A DNA stretch of 64,000 bases from Vicugna vicugna. Lineage: Eukaryota. How positions within the stretch are numbered: position 1 is the stretch's first letter; the number at the start of each line of letters is the position of its first letter. Location: NCBI GenBank assembly GCA_013265495.1, contig MU058540.1, positions 333,696 through 397,695 on the forward strand, read 5' to 3'. Under the pieces are notes generated by a model. It was given only the letters and a program-made list of their open reading frames with translations, was not told the DNA's origin and did not search any database. The position numbers and the translations under genes were made by a program. Below are positions 1-11,200 of this stretch, one piece after another.

Positions 1-90
1 CCTGGGTTCAATCCCCAGTACCTCCTCTAAAAATAAACAAACAAGCAAACAAACAAACCTAACTACCCACCCTAAAAAACTTTTTAAAAA
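1..90 (+). mobile_element. tRNA-derived SINE, 3' part (camelid Vic-1-like), cut by window edge
   Basis: B-box GGGTTCAATCCCCAGTACCTCC, (AAAC)n and AAACCTAACTACC tail; same element as other copies in the window. Confidence 0.85.
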
Positions 91-189
91 GGAACAGGGG
101 TCCTCAGCGATGGCTGAAAACTGAAAACTCCAGGGAGTGCTTGTGATTCAGCTCTGTGAAGCTAGTGGGCATATGGTGCCAGGGCTGCA

Positions 190-900
190 GAAAAGGCCAG
201 AGGTAGGAAGACAGGCAGAAGCAGCAGGGTTGGAGGGATTCAGAAATGAGCTGGAAAGTAAAATCGCTAGGACTCAGGTTATTAGAACTCAGGGTGGGGG
301 GCAGAGCGCAAAGAGCAAGAGTGTGACCTGGGGGCCTTCCAAGTTTCTGGCTTGGGCAATTGGGTGATTGGTGATTCCACTAATTGAAACCAGGGACAAT
401 GGAACAGATTTGGGAGAAGAAAATGAATTCAATGATTGGGAATTCAGTGCTTGCTTAATAAGTTTAAATTGAAACATTAATTTGTAAGCAACTGGGGAGA
501 TTCAGATGGAGAGATTCAAGAGACAGTTGTGGAGGTCAAGAGAGAAGTCTGGGCTAGAAATCTACATTGATGAGTCACCCACACAGTGATGGTAGTTGAA
601 GCCATGGGTATGACAGTGCCCAAGTAAAGTGTGCAGATGAGAAGAAAAGGGAGTTTGGCCAAGTCATGGAAAGAGCCTGAGAAATATCAGAGAGGTGGGA
701 GGAGAAATGAGAAGGGGAGAGAGAGAGAAAGAGAAAAATCAACAGAGACAAGAACTTTGAAAAGAACAGAGGAAAAAGGGTAGGCAACAGGGTCAAATGC
801 TCCAGAGAAGAGAAACAAAATGAAGATGGAAAATGTCCATTCTATTTGGCAGAAAGATCCCGTTTTGATTACCTTCAGTCGGAGGGTGGGAGGGGCAGAG
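190..900. mobile_element. Degraded ancient LINE (L2-like) fragments
   Basis: Purine-rich sequence with L2-like motifs (e.g. agagaagtctgggctagaaat, ggaaagagcctgagaaata); recognised by eye, boundaries approximate. Confidence 0.45.
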
Positions 901-924
901 CTGACAGCAGTGAATTGAGGAGGT

Positions 925-1200
925 GGATTAGTTTTCCATCGCTGTATAGCAAACCACCCAAACCTTAGTGACTTACAACAGCAATAACCACGTATTAAAT
1001 TCCATGGATTCTGGGGATTAGGAATTTGGGGAGGACGCTGCCAGGATCACTGTCTCTGCTCCATGGTGTAAGGGGACTGAGTTGGAAGTGATTCAGGGAC
1101 TGGGAGTTGAAATCATCTGAAGGCTTGTTCACTCGCATGTCTGGCAGCTGATGCTAGCAGTTGGTTGATACCTTACCTGAGGCTGTTGGCTGCTCCTGGT
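925..1200. mobile_element. MaLR (MLT-type) LTR fragment
   Basis: aaaccacccaaaccttagtgacttacaacagcaa resembles the MLT LTR terminal motif. Confidence 0.55.
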
Positions 1201-1853
1201 GGCTGGGTTGGTGGTGGGGGACCCTTCCCAAGGGGAAGGGAGAACCCTGATGTTTGAGGGGCCCAGAGCAAGAGTACAAATCAAGAATATGAAGTTGCAG
1301 GGATTTAATCTGCCTGTTCAGGTTGTAGATTTGCTGGAAACGAGGCAGGAAATTATTGTATCAAATCTACATCTTGAACAGGTCAGATAAAATCCATGCG
1401 ATTTCACATTGTTTATTGATTTGGTTACTGGTCAAAACAATGAAGGTATATGTGGCCACCATTTCTTTTTCTATATCTAGCCTCCATAGTCTTTTCCCAG
1501 TTTTAAAAAATTTAAGTAGATTGCTCCCTTGAATATATTCTATTTCTTTTTTATTTTCAGATATTTTTTGTTTCCATATGTATAGTTTCTATTTCTGTTG
1601 TGATTCAATGTGTACCCATTTTCAGTGATCTAGGATTTTAAAATAAAGTATAATTGTAGCCAAAGTTTACAAAATTTAAATGTATTTTTGCCAAAATATG
1701 TAAATGTAAAAAACTTAATCAGTTATATATTTATCAGTTATTTTCTCCTCAAATATTCAAAATTAGCTATACAAATTATTAATTTTTAAATAAAACTAAT
1801 TTAAGTAAAGCTTTTTTTTACTTAGTTAAAAATCTTTATTAAATAGTTTTATA

Positions 1854-1974
1854 GGGCAAAGGGTATAGCTCAAATGGTAGAGTGTCTGCTCAGCACTCAA
1901 AAGGTCCCGGGTTTAATCTCCATACCTCCTTCAAGTGGAAATCAATGAAGAAACCTAATTACCTCCCCCTCAGA
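1854..1974 (+). mobile_element. tRNA-derived SINE (diverged) with TSD
   Basis: A-box GGGTATAGCTCAAATGGTAGAG, tail AAACCTAATTACCTCCCCC; flanking repeat aaatagtttta at 1841-1851 and 1975-1985. Confidence 0.85.
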
Positions 1975-3516
1975 AAATAGTTTTACAGAAATCAACTCGT
2001 CATAACCTAGTATTCAGTGTTCACCCACTTACCGATGTGATCAATATCATGCTTCACAAAAGTTATGTCTAGATCTACATGCATACAAATTTAACAGTAA
2101 TAAGAATCATTTGGTTTTGCAAAATGTTCCTCAACTATCACTTGCAGCTCTTGTGAATGCAGCACAGCACACTCCTAGATCACAAGGAGAAGTGAGAAAA
2201 GCAGACACTCAACACTGCTGGGAAATGATAATTTATCGTGCTATTTGAAAGGTATTTGACAAATTAGTTAAGTTGTATTTTCTCTTACCTAAGTATTTCA
2301 AATACTTAAATTCTCCCTACGTTCCAAAATAGTGTGTGTCTCAGAATCTGACAGAGGCACAACCTCAAACTTTCAAAGGATTTGATTGTAGTCATTTTTT
2401 GTTTCCAGGATACCAGGCAAGAGATTGCAGAAGCATTTCCCTGGGGCCTGAAGGGTGTTAATTATGAGAGCAGATGTCAGGGTTTCAGGTTGTGCTGTGC
2501 CAGAGCTTAGGGCCAGATCCCAAGTGACAGAGGTGCCCAGGTGTTGTTTAATAAATATTGTATATGATAGGTGAGGTCCCCCAATGTCTACGGACCAGGG
2601 CAGGCTCCTGTGGTCCAGATCTAAGGATGGCACTATTTGTGATCCTATTCATATACACTTTCACATGTTCACTTTTCAATATGCTAAGCTTGTGGTATCT
2701 TTGAGACATCCAGGTAGGCAGTCAGATACACAACTCTGGAGATCAGAGGGAAGTGATCAGCTGATAGCAACGAAGCCATGGGGCAGGTGGGATGAATTTC
2801 CTGGAGGGGAAGTGTAGCATGAGAAGAGGAGAGTCCAGGACTCATGACCCAGCAGGATGAGCCAACAAAGAAGCAAGGAGCAGCCAAAGGGGGAGGAGGA
2901 AAACCAGGAGAGTGCTCAGTCTTGGAAGCCAAAGAAAGACAGCGTTTCAAAAAAGAATTGGTCAACAGTGTTGACCTAGCAGGGGAAAAGCTAAAAAGTG
3001 GATTTAATGACAGGAGGGTCATAGCAAAAGGAGTTGCATGGCATGGGAGAGGCAGACACCAACCTGGAGGGGCTGAGCAGTGAGTGGGAGTGAGGGATTA
3101 GAGAGAGAACTTTCCTCCAATGAAACTTTATGAAAAGTTTCAAACATACAGACAAGTTGAAACTATAGTACAGTTATCTCTTGTCCATCCACTACTTGAC
3201 TTAACAATCATTATCATTTATACATACATACAATCTTTACATGTTTATATATCTTTCTTGAACCATGTGAAAATTTAGGAAGTCACGATGCTTCACACTT
3301 TAACACTTCAGCACACGTCACCTCAAAATAAAGATGATTCCAGCTAAGGAAATAACAGTCAGTCCCTAATACTATCTGATATGCAGAATATACTCAAATT
3401 TCCCCCAATTAACCCCAAAATGTCTTTTATGTGTCTTTTCAAATCAGGATCCAATTAAGGTACATGTGCTGTGTGTGAGAGTGAGGCTGGATGAGGCCAT
3501 TGAAAGATACAAGGAG

Positions 3517-3835
3517 AAATGACATAAGTGAACTTATTTACAAAACAGAAACAGACTCACAGACATAGAGAACAAACTGATGGTTACCAGAAGAAAAAAG
3601 CGGTGGGAAGGGATAAATTGGGAGTTTGAGATTAGCAGATCCTATTATATATAAAATAGACAAACAGCAAGTTTATATTATATTGTACATGGAACTATAT
3701 TCAATATCTTGTAGTAACCTATAATGAAAAAGAATATGAAAAGGAATACATGTATGTATATGTATGACTGAAACATGCTGTACATCAGCAATTGATACAA
3801 CAATGTAAACTGACTATACTTCAATTAGAAAAAAA
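3517..3835 (+). mobile_element. 5'-truncated L1 3' end (cetartiodactyl-type 3'UTR)
   Basis: aacttatttacaaaacagaaacagactcacagacatagagaacaaac ... tgtaaactgactatacttcaat plus A tail; imperfect TSD aaagatacaaggag / aaaggtacagggag. Confidence 0.8.
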
Positions 3836-4009
3836 GGTACAGGGAGCAGTCAGAGGGGAAGTGAAGTGGAGGAGGGGTTTGGTTTGTTTTGTTTAACTTA
3901 GAGAGAGAGGCTGAAGATTCAGGAGGGGAAAGGGGGTAATCGAGGAGATGGGATGTAGTCATGGGTAGAGAGACTGGCTTTGGGCAGGAAGAGGGCCATG
4001 TCTCTACTC

Positions 4010-4148
4010 CGCTGGTTCTCAAAGTGGGATCCCCAGCCAGAGCATCAAGCATCACCTGGAAACAATTTACAAATAAAAATTCTGGCCCCCACCCACCCTG
4101 CTGAAAAGGAAACATGTTTTAACATGCACAAAGTTGGAGAACCATCTC
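4010..4148. mobile_element. MER5-type hAT DNA transposon
   Basis: tggttctcaaagtg ... gcatcacctgg ... ttggagaacca inverted termini. Confidence 0.7.
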
Positions 4149-5489
4149 TCTGTTCTAATAGGAACAAGGCCAGATGGTTACAGGTGCTGTGTGGATTTGG
4201 TTACAGGTGGTTGAGGGAGTTCACCTCTAATGGCTTCAGTTTTCTCTGTGACATAAGAGTGAGATCATCAACTGAGAGTAAGGTGAGAGGCAAAGAGGAA
4301 GCTCATGGGTTCCAGGATCAGTGAGTTTAAAGTAACCAATGACCAGCGTGATGTGGCTGGGTCACTAAGCAATGCTGGGTCCTTAGGGACCATGAATGAG
4401 AAGGGGTGACCATTTCCCAGCTGGCGGCTTCTCCCAACACGTTTTAGCTCTCAAAGTAAGATCCTGAAGCAACAGATCATCCACCAAACCTAGGGTTGAG
4501 GTTTATTTTAGCCTGAGAGGTACCAAGGATGAAAATATAGAGGCACAAGGGAATTTGGGATATTGTCAAGAGAGTTGTTGAAATGAGGAGCTACGCAGCT
4601 GAAGTGGGTAAGGAGAGGCTGATGGATCGGAGGGAGGCATCATTGATCTGGAGGTCCCAGGAGACTGAAAAATGATTGTGAGAGGAGTAGAGAGTGATGG
4701 GCAGAGGTTAGGAGATGGGGGCTGAGGCAGGCTGCTTGAATATGTGATTCTGGCAGAGGAGCTGCTTCAGATGATGAGGTCCAGGGTGTGACAGTGAGAA
4801 TGTGACTTGGAGAACTATTCCAAGTTGGAGTGGAGAAGGTCCAGGGGATGAAGCCACTAAGATGTTGAGAAGCCAGGTGGGTAATGAGTCCTCTACTCGG
4901 ACAGTGACATAGGAAGAGACAAACAGTCCGCCGAGCGCCAGCATCCCCCTGCGTGAGGTGGAGAGGCCTGGGAGGTGGCAGACAGTAGCAAAGAGGAAGG
5001 AAGACAGCAATTTAGCCCAATGGCTGAGCCTCCGAGGCAGAAGGTTATTTTAAACTAGAAACTGGGGGTGGAGGAGGAGGAGTCTGCAGACAGCAATGTG
5101 GAGCAAGGAAAGCACCCTCACCTATAAGAAAATAAACAGCTCTCATTTCAGAAGCCTGCAGAGGGGGTAGTACACTCAAGGGAGGATTAGATTTCGGTTA
5201 AAGTCAGGACGTGGAGGGAGCACGCCAAGGAGAAGTTAAGGGAAGGAGGAGATTTGAAGCTTATCAGAGGCAGGCGGGGAGGTTGGGGAGGGGCCAGTGG
5301 AGGGCGGGGTCAGAGGCAGAAAGCACCGAGAATGCCGCCGAGAAGACAGTGCGCGGCGCGGAAGAGCAGGCGGGCCAGGGAGTTTACATTTTCACTCCTA
5401 AATGATAAAAACAGGGCTGGGATGCAGGCGGGATTTCATCCAGTTGGTCTCTGGGAAGCCATGGAAAGTGATGGTTAAGGATGTGGCCT

Positions 5490-5660
5490 CAAGAGCAGAC
5501 CTTGTCAAGCACAACCTTCGGTCAGGTCTCCAGGCTCCCATTTCCTCTTCTGTAAAATGGACATAACAATAGTACCTACCCCACAGAGTTGCTGTGACGA
5601 TTCAATGACTTAGTGCGTTCATGTTTAGAACAATGTCTGGGCAGTGGCCTCAGATACACT
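5490..5660 (+). mobile_element. MIR SINE
   Basis: MIR core tttcctcttctgtaaaatggacataacaatagtacctacc. Confidence 0.7.
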
Positions 5661-5729
5661 CGGTGGTGGCTCCCAAGCCCGGCAGAGCAGCCTCTTCGCT
5701 CACCTGGACCCTGCCCTATAGGAAACCCG

Positions 5730-6795
5730 AGTAGCAACCCCTGGGATGGGAATGAGGAGTTTGATGAGCAGTTGCAAATGCAGGAATGTATTGAGACTCC
5801 AAGAATAGAGAAGATCCCGGTAGAAAAATGGACTCTTTTGGGCAGCAGCCTGGGGACACTGCCTACGCATGGGATCTGGATGAGAAGGCTTGATTCCCCA
5901 AGACCACAGAAGGTTTCATTGCTATGCTATCAAGCCAATTATGGCTTTTCTAATGATAGCGTGTCTAGCTTTATGGAAAAAGTACAAGACGTCAATACTA
6001 GGGATGCAGAGAAACTTCTGCAAAGACAAACACCAAACCCACTGATCCCAAAGAGAGAGGAGATAAAAGGAAGAAACAAGATAGTTTCATGTTGACAAAG
6101 ATAGAAATACAAAGGTATTATATGTCCGGTTTGCCTTCAGACATTACAGTGGATGAATTTATACAGCTCACATCAAAAGTCTGCGTTATTAAAAAAAAAA
6201 GTCTGCGTTATTATGGGAGATCCTCAGAAGAATTTAAGGTCAAGTTTTACAAACATAAAGAAATCTTAAAGGAGATGGGCTTTGCTGTTATTTGAAGAGG
6301 GATCTTCAGATCTTGCATTAAAACTTTTTGATGAAGATGAAATTAGAAGCTAGAAATTAGAGGTCAAAGTGGCAAAGTTTCAGCTAAAGGAGGAATACGA
6401 TGCCTCAAAAAAGAATAATAAGTACAAAGTCTATGAGAAGAAGCTGTTTCTGCAAAGTAAACAATTGGACTGGACACCTGAAAGGAGAGATGGGACACGG
6501 GGAAGGTACCATGAGTGAGTTGTCACATCAAAAATATATTTTATCTTATTAGTGGATGATCCATTGGTGCTGAATGAAATCAAGACCCTTGAGTAGAACG
6601 TTCCAAGTTCAGACAAAGTAGGAAGCTCTTTTTCTTTGATAGGCACAAAGCTGGTGTGGACTCTATGTCCTTGAGGAATGCAGAGGAAGCTGATTGTTAG
6701 ATTCAAATCATCCATGGAAGGTGGTTTGGGAGCCATCAAGTCATTGATGGGATTACAGGCTATCAGGTTGAGGAGACCTCAAAAGAAAGTGAGAG
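5730..6795 (+). pseudogene. HTATSF1P: Processed pseudogene of HTATSF1 (Tat-SF1), N-terminal and two-RRM half
   Basis: Intronless colinear peptides with frameshifts and stops: DGNEEFDEQLQMQE, YQANYGFSND, YMSGLPSDITVDEFIQL, EEFKVK, NLKGDGLCCYLKR, LALKLFDEDEIR, VAKFQLKEEYDASKK, QLDWTPER, DDPLVLNEI, GRWFG, YQVEETSKE; similarity stops before the acidic C-terminal half. Confidence 0.92.
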
Positions 6796-7099
6796 TTGAG
6801 TGGAAAAGGGGTGGGGGGGGTCTCAAAAGGCTACGTGTGTATGTGAACTGAATATGGTTAAACTCCTGTGTGCAGTGATACACCAAGCAAGGCGAAGTGG
6901 GAGGGGGTTGTACGAGGGGGAGGCGTGTTACTGAATTGCTGGTGCATGGTAAAAATAAAAAGTCGATTTTAGTACAATTTTAAAATCCTCTACAGAAAAT
7001 GCAGCCTCTTACTGCCTTGGAAGAAATACTAAATTTCAGTTTGAAGTTGGAGAAAATAAAGTATAATTTTTCCCTATATCCTCATTCACAGATCTCTTT

Positions 7100-7240
7100 C
7101 AAAAATTTTTTTTTCTTTTTGGGGGGAGGTAATTAGGTTTGTTTATTTGTTTGTTTGTTTAAATGGAGGTACTGAGGACTGAACCCAGGACCTTCTGCGT
7201 GCTAAACATGCAGCCTACCACTGAGCTATAAATGCCCCGA
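7100..7240 (-). mobile_element. tRNA-derived SINE
   Basis: Reverse complement of the SINE (ggggaggtaattaggttt ... gaacccaggacc ... ctaccactgagctata); tcacagatc repeated on both flanks. Confidence 0.88.
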
Positions 7241-9399
7241 CTCACAGATCCTTTGAGATCCTCCCATTAGAGCCAGTGATGTCTCAGAGTGGAAAGGAAG
7301 TCAGGTGAGAACGTGTCCTGCCTGTCCCCAGCCTTCTGACTCTCCCTAAATCCTGGAACTGTCCTGGTTCTGTCCTTTCAAAATCCTGACTATTCAGCTT
7401 TTTCCTCAATTCTTTAAATATCCTTCCAATAATTAACTCTTCTTAGAGTGAATTTGTTATTTCTCTACAAACAGCTGCTTCCTCAGCTCCATGACTCAAA
7501 GCCTGAAGTCATGGAACAAGAGATGAATTTTGGACATAGAAGTTTCAAACCACTGAATAGCTGTGTAGTGTTGGGCTCATCACTTTATTCAAGCATATGA
7601 AACAGGAAGAACATCTCCTCTGAGGGCAGGTGTGTGAATTCAAAGAGATGAAAGATCTGCAGTATCAGATCAGGGACCTTGATTGATTCTCTGCTGAATC
7701 CACAGTGCCTATCACAGAACACTGAGAAGGGGATCAATAAATATGCCTTGGTTTAGTAAATACTGTATCTGAAAACACTCTATAAACTCAGATGCACCAT
7801 GAACTGCTGTAGCCATTTTTCCCAGGATGGAGAGAGCTGATTTCTTTTCTTCCGCTCAGAGTTGTCTTAGTCTTGCTTTCTCCTTCTTTCTTTGAATCTT
7901 TACCCTAAATCTGTGTTGGAAACCAGCCAATTTGCCTGCTTCTCCTACTGCCTGATTTCCTAAAATCAAAAAAGCTACCCTTCTTAAATGAAAGGTGGAT
8001 GGCTCCATATTGATAGGATGGGAAGAAAAGAGGAATCCCTTACTTCTTCTGTTCTCAGGATACATGTTCACATTCAATAACTCAGAAATTGTTGCTGGGA
8101 GGTGCACCCCGGTTTTACGCAGAAGCTGTTGAACATCGAGTAAATGTTTCCCCGAGAGCCCAATTAAGAAATAACTCCGGGAAAGCAGAGGGTACAGAGG
8201 TGTAGAAATAGAAATGATATTTTTCTAAAGGACAGAGATCCCCTAACAGTGTTAGGGCTCATTACAACCCATAAGGACTCCTCCAAGTCCTTTCTATATG
8301 ACACTAGGTAAGGATAGGGACTTTTGTACCAGATACAGACCCGGGTCTTAGATTAGCAAAAGGAAGGTGAATATGGACACAGTCCTGTGTTAGGGAGCGA
8401 TCCTTGATGATTCTGGGTCTGAAAAGCCAGTGTGTCTGTCTCACCAAAGGAAAGCAGTGAGGGAGAAGTTTGAGAGGTGATGATGTTAGCCAGAAGCTAC
8501 GAGTTTCAGCCTGGGGATCACAAGGACCCATCTAAGCCACAGGACTGAATGTTTTTAGACTAAAGGGAAGGCCACTCAGTTGCTTCAGCGTGAAGGTGGC
8601 ATGGGAGAAGCCTCACTGCCTTCTTGAGCCAACAAGGCATCAGAGACTGGTCATGGTTTGAGCTGACAGAGAACTCCATCCCCTGGTCGATGCTGCCCCA
8701 TGGAGGTCAGTATAATTATTGCGGCTCCCTTTCACGCTATTCTGTCTCTTCGTGCCATCCTGAGACTTTTGGGTCAGAGGGCTCCTTTGGTTTCCTGGGG
8801 CAGTTGGAATGTCCCTGAAAATTGTGTGCTTCGATATAACTTCAGTGCCTCCAGATTTCAGAAATCGAGACTCCTTATATCCCAGCGATACCCCTCACTG
8901 AGGCCTGCCAAAAACCATGCTTGTCGGTCGACCGTGAATATTTGGGTTCGTGGATGGATAAAAAGGAAGCTCAGAACTTCGAAAACCTAGATGCCTGCCT
9001 GCACGGCCCTTCTCCCATCGGAGCATTAGTTGACATTCGATGAAGTCGTCTGTCTCGGCAATCTCCTTCATGGGATATCCAGAGACTACTTGTCTGGGAA
9101 CCTGCTCTGTTAAAGCTGCCTATGTTTCCCTTGTCCCAAGTCCCAAAACCTGGGTGGGTCCTTCTGTCATCGTGCTTAATCAGGTCAAATGTGAGAACAT
9201 CTGGATCCCCCTGGTGGGGGTGAGGTTAGAAGGTACGTGCGCGAGGAAAGGGAAAGGAAGGTGGAAGGACAGAGGATTCCTGGGGCCGGTGCCCAGGGTG
9301 AGGTTCGGATTCCCCAAACCCCCGCACACCACCACCTATTAAGGGGCAGGCCTCAGGCAATATCTAGGGCAGTCAGGCAGGGGAAACCATGAAGAATGA

Positions 9400-9810
9400 A
9401 GAGGCGGGGGAACGTGGCGGTGACCTGGGGTGAGGTCGGTTAAGGACACTGTCCTGGTTCCACCCCTGAGGCATCTGAGCCAATCAGGAGCCGCTCTCCA
9501 CCTCCAACATCTTTACCACCCTCCCCCGCCCTTCTGACTGGCCGCGGGGCTGAAGCGCAGAGACAGAGTTCCCAAAGCCCATCGGAACGCTGCTCTCGGA
9601 GATGGGGCGGAACCTAAAAAAAGGCGGGAGCGGGAGAAGGCGGCTACAGTGGCCCTGTCACGCCCTCTCCATGTGGCAGCCAATCGGCAGAGCCCACCGG
9701 CCAAAACTGCTCCAGCCCCGCATCGCGATGCGCTGGCCTCTCCGACCACACGCGGCGCCCTTTTACACCTTTATTCTCCGGGCCTCCGTGGGCAGGCTGG
9801 GCCTGCATCC
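9400..9810. promoter_or_regulatory. Orphan CpG-rich promoter-like element
   Basis: Two AGCCAATC (NF-Y) boxes at 9480 and 9680, GC boxes at about 9524 and 9604, locally high CpG; no recognised protein-coding start nearby. Confidence 0.65.
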
Positions 9811-10563
9811 AGAAGCCCTAAGCTAGGAGAAGAAACAGCTCTCCTTCCCCCACTCGCTGGAGGCTGGGAAGGAATGATTAGGCCATAGGGGTGTAGTAAA
9901 CATCTCCAAATTACCATTTTCCCCTGACTGCCCAGGCCTTCCCCGTAAGGACTTATAGGCGCCCCCACGTCTCTCCAGTCTAGAGTCAGTTCAAATGAGG
10001 TATAAGGGCAGCGGCAGCAGGAAGGCGCCAAGTTAATAACAGACATGGGTAAGATGGTCATATTGCGAACCTGGCCTACTCCTGCCCCAGTGGTGTGGAT
10101 GCTACAGCCCTCCAGCAAGGGGCTGTGACAACCACAACTAGAGGAACTGGGAGCTGACACTGAAGGAGAGGAGGCCGTCCCAGGGTCAGCTTGAGGAGGC
10201 AGGAGGCATGGAGAGCTGGTATCAGGGAGCGAAGGTAGCCTTTAGGACAGTGCCTGAGGCTGCATAACCATGTTCCCAGCCCTTGATGCACCTGCCACTT
10301 TAACCAGGGGCTACTTTCCTCCAGCAGGTGGGTTACTCATGAAACAGAACCAACCCTAAAACCAATGCCACCACCTCTTTTGGCCTGAAGCAGCTAGAGG
10401 TTAGAGGTTACTGTGTGCCCCTATTTTCTGGACACCCACCAGAAGGGATGTAGGCCCAGGAAGTAGAGAGCAAAGGTGACCCTGGAGCAGAGATGGGGCT
10501 ACTTGAAGGTCCCAGGAGGAAGGAGAAAGGTAATGGGAGAAGACTGTTATGTCATATTAAATA

Positions 10564-10569
10564 TTTATT
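10564..10569 (-). terminator. VPS52 polyadenylation signal
   Basis: tttatt (AATAAA on -) about 630 nt downstream of the VPS52 stop. Confidence 0.7.
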
Positions 10570-10660
10570 GTTTTCTGCAGACTGACCTTGGAGAGGACTG
10601 GTTAGTGTTCAAGTTGCTGAGATCTCAGGTCAAAAAGCTACAGACATGAAACCACTTTGA

Positions 10661-10730
10661 GCATGCTTAGCATGCACAAGGTCCTGGGTTCAATCCCCAG
10701 TACCTCCATTAAAAAAAAAAAAAAAGAAAC
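10661..10730 (+). mobile_element. 5'-truncated SINE in the VPS52 3'UTR (antisense)
   Basis: gcatgcttagcatgcacaaggtcctgggttcaatccccagtacctcc plus A15; TSD gaaaccac(t/a)ttga at 10648-10660 and 10731-10743. Confidence 0.88.
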
Positions 10731-11200
10731 GAAACCACATTGAATGAAAGAACAGACAAAAAACCCCAACCATTATGGGGCAGTCTCCCCTTACCAAACC
10801 AATTCCAAGAGCTGAGGTGTCACACCTCACGACATGGTGATAAGAGTTGAATGAACAAGAGATTGTGGCAATGAAAGTTTGACTGCAAGAAGAAAAGAGC
10901 CTTGGGTGTGGGACAGTCGGGGGAAGGAAGGGAATGACAAAATGGGAAAAATAATAAAGGTCATTTTGGAAGCCCAAGAGGAAGTGGTTCTGGGAAACCT
11001 GAAGACATAGGAGAGTCAGAAAGCCTAAGGGGATCCAGCTTATCCTGATGAGGCAGGATCCTGGCAATGAAGGCAGGCTCAGGCATGTCAAGGGCCCAGG
11101 AGGCAAGTGGAAAATTGGAAGGGGGACCCCAGGCAACGAAGGGCATGGGAAGGGGTACAGAAGGCCATCGAGAGGGTGGGTGACTCCCAGGTCCCGCACA

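Noticed and set aside
5613..6095. 160-aa ORF
   Set aside because: Chance fusion of MIR sequence and shifted frames of the HTATSF1 pseudogene
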